A DNA stretch of 64,000 nucleotides. It comes from Planctomycetota bacterium. Its GTDB lineage: Bacteria; Planctomycetota; UBA1135; UBA2386. The stretch lies in assembly GCA_965223545.1 (NCBI GenBank), contig OZ245006.1, forward strand, positions 512,001-576,000. Reading direction: 5' to 3'. The translations under genes and the position numbers were made by a program. A model generated the notes under the pieces. It was not told the DNA's origin, made no database searches, and worked only from the letters and a program-made list of their open reading frames with translations. Of this stretch, positions 28,995 to 38,280 are shown piece after piece (the first letter of the stretch is position 1; each line of letters begins with the position of its first letter).

Positions 28995-30548
28995 TCAGCA
29001 GGACTGGCCGGCAGCGCGTGCCTTCGCCCAGCCCCAGGGCGTGAGTTCGGCGATGCGCGACGACGGCGTGGTGGCGACAGCGACCAAGACGTCCTCGAGG
29101 TAGCGCTCGACGTTGACCTTCGCCAGCTTGCAGCTGAGCACGATCGAGTAGAGGCGAGCTGCCACGTTGCCACCCTTCTCGCTGGCGAGCGTCATCCAGT
29201 TCTTCCGGCCCGTCACGACGTGGCGCAGGTCACGTTCGGTGTCGTTGTTGTGGATCGGCAGCCGGCCGTCGTCGAGGTGCGCGAGCAACGGGTCCCGCTG
29301 CCGGATGGCGTAGCTCACCGCCTTGCGAAGCAGTTCGTTGCCCGCGGTCGCCGGATCCTCCTGGAGGCCGAACACGATCTCGTAGAGGCTGTGGAGCACC
29401 GCTTTGGATCTGCGGCTACGAACGGTCTCACGCAGTTCGATGAGGGCTTCACGGGTCAGGTTCCGATCCTTCGCTCGGGACAGTACGGCGCGCTCGATCC
29501 AGAAAAGCCTCTGGATCGGTCGCAGCGCCAAACCAGCCCGTGATGCACCAGCAGTGAGCGCATCCCGAAACTTCCGACGGGCGTGCGCCCAGCAGCCAGC
29601 CCGCGTGATCGCGTTCTGCTGCGCTTTCGGGTTCACACCGTCGTAGCCATCGGTCAACAATGTCCCGGACCACGCGCCGAGAAAAGCGTTGGGCCCCTTC
29701 GCGGATCGATTGTCCCTGAAGTCGGCCACGACCATCTCGTTGGGGCTGCCGCGAGCGTTCCGCCAGGCCCAGAGCACACCGCGCCGGGTGCCCTTCTGGC
29801 CTTCCAGTCGCACCCTGATCGGGGTCTCGTCGGCTTGAAGAACATCTTCTTGAAGCAGCTGGCGCCGCATCTCGGCCAGGATCGGACGCGCCGCGATCTC
29901 GTCGAAGCGCGCCAGCATGTCCCACATGGTCTGCTTCGGGACGTGCGCCCCGAAGCGGCGGAAGATCCCCTGCAGGCGGTTCAGCGGCAGGTGGTCGCCG
30001 TACTTCGCTGTGACAAGATGCGCGTAGACGGAGGGCTCGTACTTCGCCTTCTCGACGACGCCGGCAGGCATCGACGCCATCTTCATCCTGTGCCCGTGCG
30101 GGCACGCGTACTTGTTGCGCACGTAGCGCTTCACGACCAACCGCGCTGGGATGATGTGGCCACGCTCGGTGACGTCAGTCCCGATGCAGTGCATGGCCTC
30201 GCCGCACTCGGGGCAGCAGCGCTCCGCTTCCGGCACGTCGACCTCGACGACATGCCGATCCAGGTGCTCGGCGAACTGACCGCGACCGTGACCGCGCTTC
30301 CGCTTCTTCTTCGGGTCAGGCTTCGCGAGTTCGCTCGACTGCTCCGCTTCCTGCGCCTGCTTCTGCAGCTCTTCGAGCTGCGCGACGCCGGCCTCGAACA
30401 ACAGCAGTTGGTTCGGATTGATGTGCTCGCGGCGCCGTCCGAACGTGCGCTGCTTCATCAGTTCGAGCTGCCCGCGAAGGCGCTCGATCTCGGCGCGCAG
30501 CTTGACGATCGTCGAGTTGGCTTCGTCGAGGTCCGTGAGCGGCGTCAC
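28995..30548 (-). CDS. tnpC: IS66 transposase TnpC
   Basis: Leucine zipper, CPECG zinc finger, KYGDHLPL.R, ADETP, CWAHARRKF, NNDTERDLR. Confidence 0.95.
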   Translation of the reverse strand: MTPLTDLDEANSTIVKLRAEIERLRGQLELMKQRTFGRRREHINPNQLLLFEAGVAQLEELQKQAQEAEQSSELAKPDPKKKRKRGHGRGQFAEHLDRHVVEVDVPEAERCCPECGEAMHCIGTDVTERGHIIPARLVVKRYVRNKYACPHGHRMKMASMPAGVVEKAKYEPSVYAHLVTAKYGDHLPLNRLQGIFRRFGAHVPKQTMWDMLARFDEIAARPILAEMRRQLLQEDVLQADETPIRVRLEGQKGTRRGVLWAWRNARGSPNEMVVADFRDNRSAKGPNAFLGAWSGTLLTDGYDGVNPKAQQNAITRAGCWAHARRKFRDALTAGASRAGLALRPIQRLFWIERAVLSRAKDRNLTREALIELRETVRSRRSKAVLHSLYEIVFGLQEDPATAGNELLRKAVSYAIRQRDPLLAHLDDGRLPIHNNDTERDLRHVVTGRKNWMTLASEKGGNVAARLYSIVLSCKLAKVNVERYLEDVLVAVATTPSSRIAELTPWGWAKARAAGQSC

Positions 30549-30578
30549 TCCCTCTGATTAACACAAACCGGAGACGGA

Positions 30579-30959
30579 TCAAGTCACGGCCAGTCGTTGC
30601 AGCACCTGATCGCGAACTTCTCTGCGTCGCGCGCCACGGAGGTCGATGCCGTCCAACAAGAGCGCGAGATCGCTACTCGCAATCTCGAATCGGCTGTTGT
30701 TCTCAGCCGAGCGATCGAAGACCTGAAAGCGGCCGCTCGTCAGTCGCTTCGCCAGCACCCAGTAACCGGACGGCTCCCACACCAGTGCCTTCATCATGGT
30801 CCGGCGCTTGTTGAAGAAGAGGAAGAGGTGACCAGATTGCGGGTCGTGGTCGACCACGTCGATGACCGCACCGGACAGACCACTGAAGCTCTTCCTCATG
30901 TCCACCGGCTTCCGGCAAACGAAGATCTTGACTTGCGGCGAGGGCGGAAAGCTCAGCAT
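30579..30959 (-). CDS. tnpB: IS66 accessory protein TnpB
   Basis: PVDMRKSFSGL...LFLFFNKRR..MKALVWE..G.W...KRL..GRF. Confidence 0.95.
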   Translation of the reverse strand: MLSFPPSPQVKIFVCRKPVDMRKSFSGLSGAVIDVVDHDPQSGHLFLFFNKRRTMMKALVWEPSGYWVLAKRLTSGRFQVFDRSAENNSRFEIASSDLALLLDGIDLRGARRREVRDQVLQRLAVT

Positions 30960-31297
30960 GGCAGCAAGACTCCGAGCAGCCGTCGGAGCGTCGCCTCGTC
31001 GAAGTCGCGCTGCACATCGACAACCGCGCCCGACGGCACCCGCAACTCAATGGCCGCTGCTCGTCGCGGCGATGGGGCCGCAGCGACCACCAGCTCCCCG
31101 AAGTCCGACACCGCCGGCGCGGACGTGGGCGCCGCCGCAGCTCGGGCTTGCCGCCTTGCCCAGTAGATGCGGTTTGCGTTGACTCCACGCCGGCGCGCGA
31201 ACTCGGCGACCGTCACGCCTGAGTTGTCCAGCTCTTGAAGCAGCTCGCGCATCTCCGCCCGAGCCCACACGGGGATTCTCTTCGTCATCCGCCGCAT
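30953..31297 (-). CDS. tnpA: IS66 accessory protein TnpA
   Basis: SG.TVAEFARRRGV....YW HTH, IELRVPSG...LRRLL. Confidence 0.85.
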   Translation of the reverse strand: MRRMTKRIPVWARAEMRELLQELDNSGVTVAEFARRRGVNANRIYWARRQARAAAAPTSAPAVSDFGELVVAAAPSPRRAAAIELRVPSGAVVDVQRDFDEATLRRLLGVLLPC

Positions 31298-31532
31298 CCT
31301 GCCGATCCGCCAGCGGCTTTCGAGATGCCTTCACCGGACGCTTACTCCCGGCCCATCCGAAGTTGTCGGGCGATCTCGCGCGAGCTCGCTCCCATGCGGT
31401 GCGGCCGCACCATCTCCTGAATCCGGTGCATGTCGGTCCTCCGTGCGCCCATCCAACCCTCCGTTGCTGTTGAAGCTTCGGAGGATGGCAGAGCGACGCA
31501 GTCCGACCCAAGCAGGAGACCTGAGCGTTGCG

Positions 31533-31649
31533 GTGGACCAGCTTGCCCGAACTGGCGTGGCCCAGCTTGCCCGGACTCAACCTGCCTTGGCTACGCCCTC
31601 AGTTGGACCAGCTTGGCCGAACTGCAGGTGGACCAGATACCCCGAGCTG
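31533..31649 (+). repeat. Four ~22-bp direct repeats (GTGGACCAGCTTGCCCGAACTG-like), probable IS21 transposase-binding sites
   Basis: Copies start at 31533, 31557, 31603 and 31628, adjacent to the TGACA terminus. Confidence 0.75.
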
Positions 31650-31771
31650 TGACACGAGCTCCGCTCGAGACAAACACCGGAGGGCGGTTCGAGCGGAAAT
31701 CCCGACGCCGCGCTTGAACTCCGGCGCTGCGACGGTTCGATGCTCCGCGGGAGCGGGGAGAGAGGAAAGCC

Positions 31772-32857
31772 ATGCCAGAACAGCCGAGCGATCGCCCGTC
31801 TTCGCCGCCGACTCCAGAACCCGGCGGTCAAACCACGGCCCACGACTTGGAAGCGCCATCGCTATCGACCGATGAGCGCGAACTGATCCGTCGACTTCGC
31901 GATGAAGCCACAGATGTGAAGGATTGCTTCACGCGGTTTTCGTTCCAGGCATTGGTGTTTAGTTCGGTTGTCTTGGGGGCGATCGCAAAACTCCAGCCCG
32001 AAGAGCCCGTGATGGGGCTTGCTGCTCTACCCGTCATTGTCCTTCTCCTCGCCGTATCGAGAATCGGGACGTATAAGTATGCGACAGCAAACCGTCATTT
32101 CGCCTACGAGCTGCATTTGCACAGGACCCTTCGATCGCAGGATGCAGAACGCGGATGGCAATCTCGGATGCGCACAATAGGCTGGGAAGAAGCTATGCGT
32201 GCATGGCGTGTCGTCCAGGCAACTGCGTTTGACCACCTATTCTGGACCAAGCCCCTGATCCCGAACTGGCTCAAGCGAATTCACCGAATTGAGAGGAAAA
32301 GAAAAGCGGAAACTGAAAAGAAATACTTCTGGTTCGAGCCAGACCAACTGATCAACCAACAGGCTTCGTATCATGCGGGAAGCTACCTAAAAACGATGCA
32401 TACGGTGCTGCATTCACTTGTGTTGGCCTCGCTAATCCCTCCCATAGTAACCATGGTGCAGGTCTATCCAGACTTTGCTACCAAACCGTGGCAAGTCGCT
32501 CTCGTTCTAACGGGATTTGTTGCGATCGTGATCTTTGTTGTGCTCCGAATGTGGAAGATCGCTACCCGCCGCAAAATGCTGGAAGGAGGATTCCTTAGCA
32601 TTCATTCATGTGCGGTCATGTGGGAAGCGGTCGTTTTGGCTCACTACCGCGCGCTCGAGAAAGATGCTGAGGCGCAAAGTGTGTCTCGACATCCACACCA
32701 AGACTATACTCGTCACCTTTCTGAGCAGGCGATATCACTTCGCAAGAACATCTACAACATCCATGACTGGGTTCGCGCAGCAACATCGGACTATCCCGAG
32801 CGTGGATTCGAGATCGAGCCTCAGAAGAGAAAGCCGAAGCGAAAAGCGGACGCTTAG
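31772..32857 (+). CDS. Hypothetical membrane protein (about 4 TM helices)
   Basis: 361-aa ORF, GAGGA RBS, two N-terminal and two C-terminal hydrophobic helices, AT-rich codons. Confidence 0.8.
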   Translation: MPEQPSDRPSSPPTPEPGGQTTAHDLEAPSLSTDERELIRRLRDEATDVKDCFTRFSFQALVFSSVVLGAIAKLQPEEPVMGLAALPVIVLLLAVSRIGTYKYATANRHFAYELHLHRTLRSQDAERGWQSRMRTIGWEEAMRAWRVVQATAFDHLFWTKPLIPNWLKRIHRIERKRKAETEKKYFWFEPDQLINQQASYHAGSYLKTMHTVLHSLVLASLIPPIVTMVQVYPDFATKPWQVALVLTGFVAIVIFVVLRMWKIATRRKMLEGGFLSIHSCAVMWEAVVLAHYRALEKDAEAQSVSRHPHQDYTRHLSEQAISLRKNIYNIHDWVRAATSDYPERGFEIEPQKRKPKRKADA

Positions 32858-32918
32858 CACGGCCGGCTTGCGGGCCACGCCCGATTACTCTGTTGGTGAA
32901 AGAACGAACTTTCCAAGG

Positions 32919-33191
32919 GCAAGCGTCCGGTGAAGGCATCTCGAAAGCCGCTGGCGGATCGACAGGATGCGGCGGATGACGAAGAGAACCCCCGTGTGGG
33001 CTCGTGCGGAGATGCGCGAGCTGCTTCAAGAGCTGGACACCTCAGGCGTGACGGTCGCCGAGTTCGCGCGCCGCGCGCCGGCGTGGTGTCAACGCAAACC
33101 GCATCTACTGGGCAAGGCGGCAAGCCCGAGCTGTGGCGGCGCCTACGTCCGCGCCGGTGGTGTCGAACTTCGGGGAGCTGGTGGTCGCCGC
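32919..33191 (+). mobile_element. Degenerate IS66 left end plus frameshifted, truncated tnpA (inverted relative to the intact copy)
   Basis: Near-identical to the reverse complement of about 31075-31345; terminal GTAA mutated to GCAA; indel in tnpA. Confidence 0.9.
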
Positions 33192-33446
33192 AGACTGGAC
33201 ACACGCTGCCTCTGACGCGGAATACCGTCTCCCTCTACTTGGCCGAGCGACGACAGCCGGAGGTATGTGGCGGCTTTCTCTGCCTTCTTGAAGGCTAACT
33301 CCCGGTAGTAACGAGGAAGCGGGCCAGAACTGTCGCCGCTTCCCAAGAAGCGTTGACGGTCGCCCCGACAGTGATACCACGCGATCAGGGCGTGGGCTTG
33401 GGTCCGAAGGAGACTTGAGGCCGGACGGCCGAGACGAGCAGTATCG

Positions 33447-34697
33447 CTACCGCCGTCTGGGCGGCGAGTCGCTATCGGCTCTGCGCTGATCGAACAGGTC
33501 TTGCTGGACCGTGGTCCCGGTGCCACCCGAGGACGATTCGCCTCTCGGAGCATGAGAAACTGGCTGCACGATCACCGAAACCCCCGGCAGGACCTCGATT
33601 GAACTCGCGTGATGCTTCGAGTCCTCCGATGCCACTCGACCCGTCATCCGATACTCCTCAAAGTTCGAATCACAGTCCGGGTAGTCATCCAGTGACACCT
33701 TACGCTGTAGCTCCCTGAGCAGCAGGTGGCGGAGCGGACCTTGGTCGGCGAGGACGAACTTCCCATGCAGCCCCGCCAGCAGGCCATACCATGGAAGCGT
33801 CTGATACAACGCCGACGGCATGACCAAGTGAGCATGATCGAAGCTGCCTGGGCTGACTCGACTCAGCAGATAGGCCCCGATGAACGCCGTCGCCAGACTT
33901 GGCCTCACGCCCCTAAGCGCGTCCAGAGCACGTTCAACATAGGCGACCCGGGACTCTCTGGAACCGGCTGTGTCGCGGTGAGCGTGCCGAAGCCAGTCAT
34001 GCCCTTCCGTCAGACGCTCCCAGGTCGATCCGGACACCTCCCCACGGCGACTCACCTCTTGGCACGCAGTTCGGATCCCAGGATCAACCGGCGCGTCCAG
34101 TGGAATACCCTTCGGTAGAAGTCCAGCGATCGCAGCCCACGGAGCGAGCAACGGCTCGGCGATGCGCCCTGAGGCGTCCGACCGCCGCCGCGTTTGCCGC
34201 CACGCTTCGCTCACCCTCGCAGCCGGAAACGCTGCCCCATAGACCGCGATACCTCGCGCTATCGCGAATGCATGGGTCGCACGATGCGCGAGAAAAGACA
34301 ATCGAACCCGATCACTTCCGGGACCGGCGAGCATTCTCAGCTCGCCGAGGACAAGCCCTATGCAGGCATTCTGTGCTGCGCCGAGCCCCGGAAAACCGGC
34401 CGCACCCTGACTGAGGGCCGCGTCACTTGATGAGATGACCCGACAGAACGCGGAGAGTGGTCTTGCTCCGCCGACATAGGTGCTCGACCACGCCAAAAAA
34501 TCCGTCAGCCACTCATCCTGGACCACGATGGCAGCGGGCCATTCGAAGTGCTTCTTCGGTGAAACGCCCCAATAAATGCCAGCCAGATCACCAGAGACGG
34601 GCTCAAGCTTGCTGGTTCGACGAAGCTCAAGGTCGCCGATTTCGCGATCCTCCAGGACATCGACGAGTCGGCGGCGATTCAGTTCTGCCACCCACAT
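33447..34697 (-). CDS. Hypothetical protein (416 aa), third gene of the kinase-helicase operon
   Basis: ATG overlaps the helicase TGA (TGATG at 34699-34695); long ORF without a recognisable motif. Confidence 0.8.
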   Translation of the reverse strand: MWVAELNRRRLVDVLEDREIGDLELRRTSKLEPVSGDLAGIYWGVSPKKHFEWPAAIVVQDEWLTDFLAWSSTYVGGARPLSAFCRVISSSDAALSQGAAGFPGLGAAQNACIGLVLGELRMLAGPGSDRVRLSFLAHRATHAFAIARGIAVYGAAFPAARVSEAWRQTRRRSDASGRIAEPLLAPWAAIAGLLPKGIPLDAPVDPGIRTACQEVSRRGEVSGSTWERLTEGHDWLRHAHRDTAGSRESRVAYVERALDALRGVRPSLATAFIGAYLLSRVSPGSFDHAHLVMPSALYQTLPWYGLLAGLHGKFVLADQGPLRHLLLRELQRKVSLDDYPDCDSNFEEYRMTGRVASEDSKHHASSIEVLPGVSVIVQPVSHAPRGESSSGGTGTTVQQDLFDQRRADSDSPPRRR

Positions 34698-35866
34698 CAG
34701 GACAGACCTCCGCCGAAGACGTCGTCCAGACTCGGCGGCTTCCGGTCTGGATTTGCAACTCGCCCAACGGCTTCTCCGAAGAACCCTATCAAGGAGCCGG
34801 AGTGGTAGATCGAGAGGGTCGATTGCGCCCTCGTCACAGCAGTAAATGCGGCATTTCGGGGCATCGGTATCCCCCGAAGGGTCTCCGCAAGCGGCATGTG
34901 AAGACAACGAAACTCACAACCCTTGGCGGAGTGGATCGTCGCCACGTAGACCTGCTTGCCAGACTCGAACGAGATATGGCTATCTTCGTCCTGCGACGAA
35001 ACCTGACCTGCGAAGGCAGATGCTTCAAGCGCAGTCCGAACCTCCGCCAGAGACTGCTTCTTCGGCAGGAGGACACCGATGATCTCTCCTGGATACGCTC
35101 GAATCTGCAACTCGATTCGAGCCACCATGGCCGCCAACTGCTCTTGGGAAGTTGCCATCTTCTCCAAGTGCAACTCGCTCGGGTTCTCCTTCTCGTCGTA
35201 GTTCGAGCAATCAACAAGTGGCGGGAAGCTACCCGCGACCTTTGCCAATCCATCCGCGACTGCGCAGATCTTCCGACCGCAGCGATGGTGATGCTGAAGT
35301 TCGGACACGGAGGGCGTCAAACTCCGCAGATCCTCGTCAGTCGCGTTGCCTTGGTAGATCTGTTGTCGGGAGTCAGCGACAAAGAACAGCCTCTCCGCCA
35401 GACGCTTGAAGAGCGCAAGCTCTTCCGGTCTGTAGTCCTGCGCTTCGTCTACCAAGATCGCGCTATACGAATCCTCCAGGTTCCGAGCAGCCACAAGCTC
35501 TTCGAGCTGGCCCAGGAGCTTGCGCCGTGACTCATCGAAGCTGTCCTTGTCGGTGCTGTTCGGGGTCACGCCGTGCTCAGCGAGGAACTTCCTTTGCCAG
35601 TAGCCGTAGGTCTGGACCTTGTCAGCGGGAAACTGATATCGGTCACCGCCGTAGGAAATGAATTCCTTCAAGGTCCGAGTGAACGTGAGAATCAGTATGT
35701 TCTCTCGACCTGCGAGGAACAGATAGTTCGCTCTCAGCACCAGGAGATTGGTCTTCCCCGAGCCTGGAGGACCAAGCACAAGGTGGTCTCCGTCAACCGG
35801 AAGGGCGATCACTTGGCGCTGCTCGTCAATCAGCTCCGACTTTCCGACCCACCAAGACCCCTTCAT
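34697..35866 (-). CDS. Compact superfamily-1 (UvrD/Rep-like) helicase/ATPase
   Basis: Q motif DEQ, Walker A GPPGSGKT, LTFT, Walker B VDEAQD, ADSRQQIY, TIHSAKGCEF, FTAVTRA. Confidence 0.9.
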   Translation of the reverse strand: MKGSWWVGKSELIDEQRQVIALPVDGDHLVLGPPGSGKTNLLVLRANYLFLAGRENILILTFTRTLKEFISYGGDRYQFPADKVQTYGYWQRKFLAEHGVTPNSTDKDSFDESRRKLLGQLEELVAARNLEDSYSAILVDEAQDYRPEELALFKRLAERLFFVADSRQQIYQGNATDEDLRSLTPSVSELQHHHRCGRKICAVADGLAKVAGSFPPLVDCSNYDEKENPSELHLEKMATSQEQLAAMVARIELQIRAYPGEIIGVLLPKKQSLAEVRTALEASAFAGQVSSQDEDSHISFESGKQVYVATIHSAKGCEFRCLHMPLAETLRGIPMPRNAAFTAVTRAQSTLSIYHSGSLIGFFGEAVGRVANPDRKPPSLDDVFGGGLS

Positions 35867-37219
35867 CTACGCTTCCTCCCCGTCGGTTTGTAGGAACGGC
35901 GTGAGTTCGCCTTCTTGGGTCTGTGCCGCGTCGATCGTGAGCAGGACACGGTGGAACATCTCCTGCGATAGCGCGCTCGGATCAACCGGACTCGCGAACT
36001 GGATACCAACTCCACTGCCTTCTGCCGAATCGCTTCGTGATGCCGAGGCAGTCACGGTCGCCACCTCGTCGGACGACGGATCCGCCTCCAGGCAGAATCG
36101 AACAGTGATCTTGAACGGAATCCTGTGGACCTCGGAAGCCGCCAAGTCGAGTTCGATCCGAAAGCGTGCTTCGGACTCGCGAGATTGACGAATCACGATG
36201 GGAGGAATCGACGACTCCGCTGTGCACAGATCTTGGAGCCTGGCCTTCGCGTGCGCGACCGACCGCTCGAATCCTGCCTGCGACCCATAGCTCGGCTGCG
36301 GCTCCGCCACACCTGAAACCCGACTGCGAATCCGCTGCCGCAGTCGCTCCGTTGAGGGGATGGTGTCGCGATCTCTTCGAGAGAAATCTGACCACGACAC
36401 CAGTTGCAGGCGCTGCTCCGGGTCTTTCAGGAGGCAGTTGCGAGCGACCTTGACGAGTCCCGGGTCAAGACCCTCTGGGAACGTAGGAACCACTGTCCTC
36501 ACAGCCTCTACCATCTTCGCGTAAGGGCTGAACTCACCGAACAGCGGCTTCCGAACGAGCAGGTCGTGGAGCAACGCGCCAAGCTGATAGAATGTCAGGG
36601 CAAGACCGCCACGGGGAGTGTCTTGCTCCTCACGCACCAGAAACTCGGGCGAGCTGTATTGAAGCGTGCCGATGAAGTCATCGCGACTCGTCGAGGGATC
36701 GGCATCAAGGATCCGAATGACGCCCAGGTCGAGGAGAACCGCTTGCGAGTAGTCCGGGCTGAGGACGACGTTGGCTGGTTTGATGTCTCGGTGAACAATC
36801 CCCCGGTCGTGCAGGAAGGCTGCGGCAGACGCTACCTGCTCAATGAGTGCCGGGACGGACTCAACCGGCACTTCGCTCAGTGATCGCTGGACGTTGGTCC
36901 AGCCCTCAAGCAGCTCGGTCACGACGTAGAGGTGATTTGTCGCCCCACACTCCCCACCATCCAGCACTCGGATGAGGTTCGGGTGAGACTCCCCGACAAG
37001 CGTCAGTTCTCGTTGGATACGGTCGAGCTGCTGACCCCTCCCGTATTCCTCCACCAGCTCCGGTTCGAAGATCTTCAACGCGGCCTGCTCACCAGCGTCG
37101 TTGGTGGCTACGAAGACGGCGGCAGACTTTCCGTTGTCGAGATACCCGGTTATCTTCCAGCCACCAACTGGAGCACCTTGCAGTTCGGCCTGGAGTGCTA
37201 TTGCTCGCGCTTCGTTCAT
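35867..37219 (-). CDS. Cytoplasmic Hanks-type Ser/Thr protein kinase with unknown C-terminal domain
   Basis: GKSAAVF, AALKIF, HPNLIRVLD, HRDIKPANV, DLG, GTLQYSSPE; no TM helix. Confidence 0.92.
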   Translation of the reverse strand: MNEARAIALQAELQGAPVGGWKITGYLDNGKSAAVFVATNDAGEQAALKIFEPELVEEYGRGQQLDRIQRELTLVGESHPNLIRVLDGGECGATNHLYVVTELLEGWTNVQRSLSEVPVESVPALIEQVASAAAFLHDRGIVHRDIKPANVVLSPDYSQAVLLDLGVIRILDADPSTSRDDFIGTLQYSSPEFLVREEQDTPRGGLALTFYQLGALLHDLLVRKPLFGEFSPYAKMVEAVRTVVPTFPEGLDPGLVKVARNCLLKDPEQRLQLVSWSDFSRRDRDTIPSTERLRQRIRSRVSGVAEPQPSYGSQAGFERSVAHAKARLQDLCTAESSIPPIVIRQSRESEARFRIELDLAASEVHRIPFKITVRFCLEADPSSDEVATVTASASRSDSAEGSGVGIQFASPVDPSALSQEMFHRVLLTIDAAQTQEGELTPFLQTDGEEA

Positions 37220-37874
37220 CGTGAGTCCAACCGAAGTCGGTGGACGAGACTGCCCACCGTGCAGGATGGGCGCGGAAGATTCGACATCGTTCCACCGGAT
37301 CAGAACTGCGTTTCCAGGCGCGCAGGGCCATGGACTTCGACACCTGGTGGTTGGCGCTTGACGCCGGGTGGCACTTCAGCAGTCCGCGAGAGACCCAGCA
37401 AGACCGACGCTCAAGAACCCGGACATTCTCGCCGACTCCATCCGTGCCACCCGAGAGCACCCGAGGCCGCAACCTCTTGCGTTGTCGAGATTTCGCGGAG
37501 CCACCGGCAACGGAACGCCGCCCGCTTCTCCGGCTCCACGGCGGCCCTACTCACCCCTGGGTGCGGCAAGAGCGAGAACCCGGCGACTACGACGTGGGGG
37601 CGATGCGGCCGGTCGCCGCGACAGTCCAAACTTTGATTCTCGCCTGGCTCAAGAGTCAGGTTCATGCGATCGCCTGAGGGCGAACTGGCGGTCGGTCCGC
37701 GAGGGCGAAAACGGGCGAAGGATTTCTCCCAGAAGTGCACCCAGGTGCTCTCGGAAGCGCCCGACTGAAACCTCGTGCACCGGCTTGCAACCGTCCCCAA
37801 GCGGCCGTAGCTTGCGCTCCGCTCGGCGCTTCAGGGCGCTTGAGCCGCTTCAGCGGGTCTCCCTGCGAAGTCGT

Positions 37875-37950
<76 letters not shown>

Positions 37951-38280
37951 TTCCCCGAACTCAGGAGCGCGCGATCCGGTTCTCGTGAGTCCTCTCGCCC
38001 GCCCGTGGTGCCTTCCGCGTTGGTGAGCCCCGACGCCCCGTGACGTCGAGCGGCCCAGGACTGGGCCGTCCATTGCTCCCTACCGTTGGGGTCAGTGCCC
38101 GCGGAGCGGCATTCCAATCGTCGGGCCGTCCTCTTCGAAAGTAGCGGCACCGTACGCTTCACGAATACACCGCACGCACATACCGGTCGGCGCTCGATCC
38201 CACCCGCCCCACCGGATACCTGCCTCTTGACTTCGCCTGCCCAGGGCGCCGCCACACAAACGCTACGGTATCCTGCCGCC

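Larger units (their letters stand above)
28938..31345 (-). mobile_element. IS66-family insertion sequence, apparently intact
   Basis: 15-bp perfect IR GTAAGCGTCCGGTGA; 8-bp target duplication TCCCGGCC at 28930-28937 and 31346-31353; tnpA-tnpB-tnpC order. Confidence 0.95.
28830..31654 (-). mobile_element. IS21-family remnant (left end plus 5' istA) interrupted by IS66; distal boundary approximate
   Basis: End reads TGTCA.. at 31654 with four ~22-bp repeats. Removing IS66 joins MHRIQEMVRPHRMGASSREIARQLRMGR|DTIRCYLRGLQRAGL (IstA-like HTH N-terminus). Confidence 0.7.

Noticed and set aside
31533..31649. Short direct repeats resembling a mini-CRISPR
   Set aside because: Spacers are 2-24 bp and irregular, the repeats are degenerate and there are no cas genes; better explained as IS21 end repeats
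28938..33191. Composite IS66 transposon carrying the 4-TM gene
   Set aside because: The intact IS66 has its own matched TSD, and the second copy is only a mutated left end with no outer end
37240..37800. Possible integrase remnant or ORF between the kinase gene and tRNA
   Set aside because: No tyrosine- or serine-recombinase motif is recognisable in any frame
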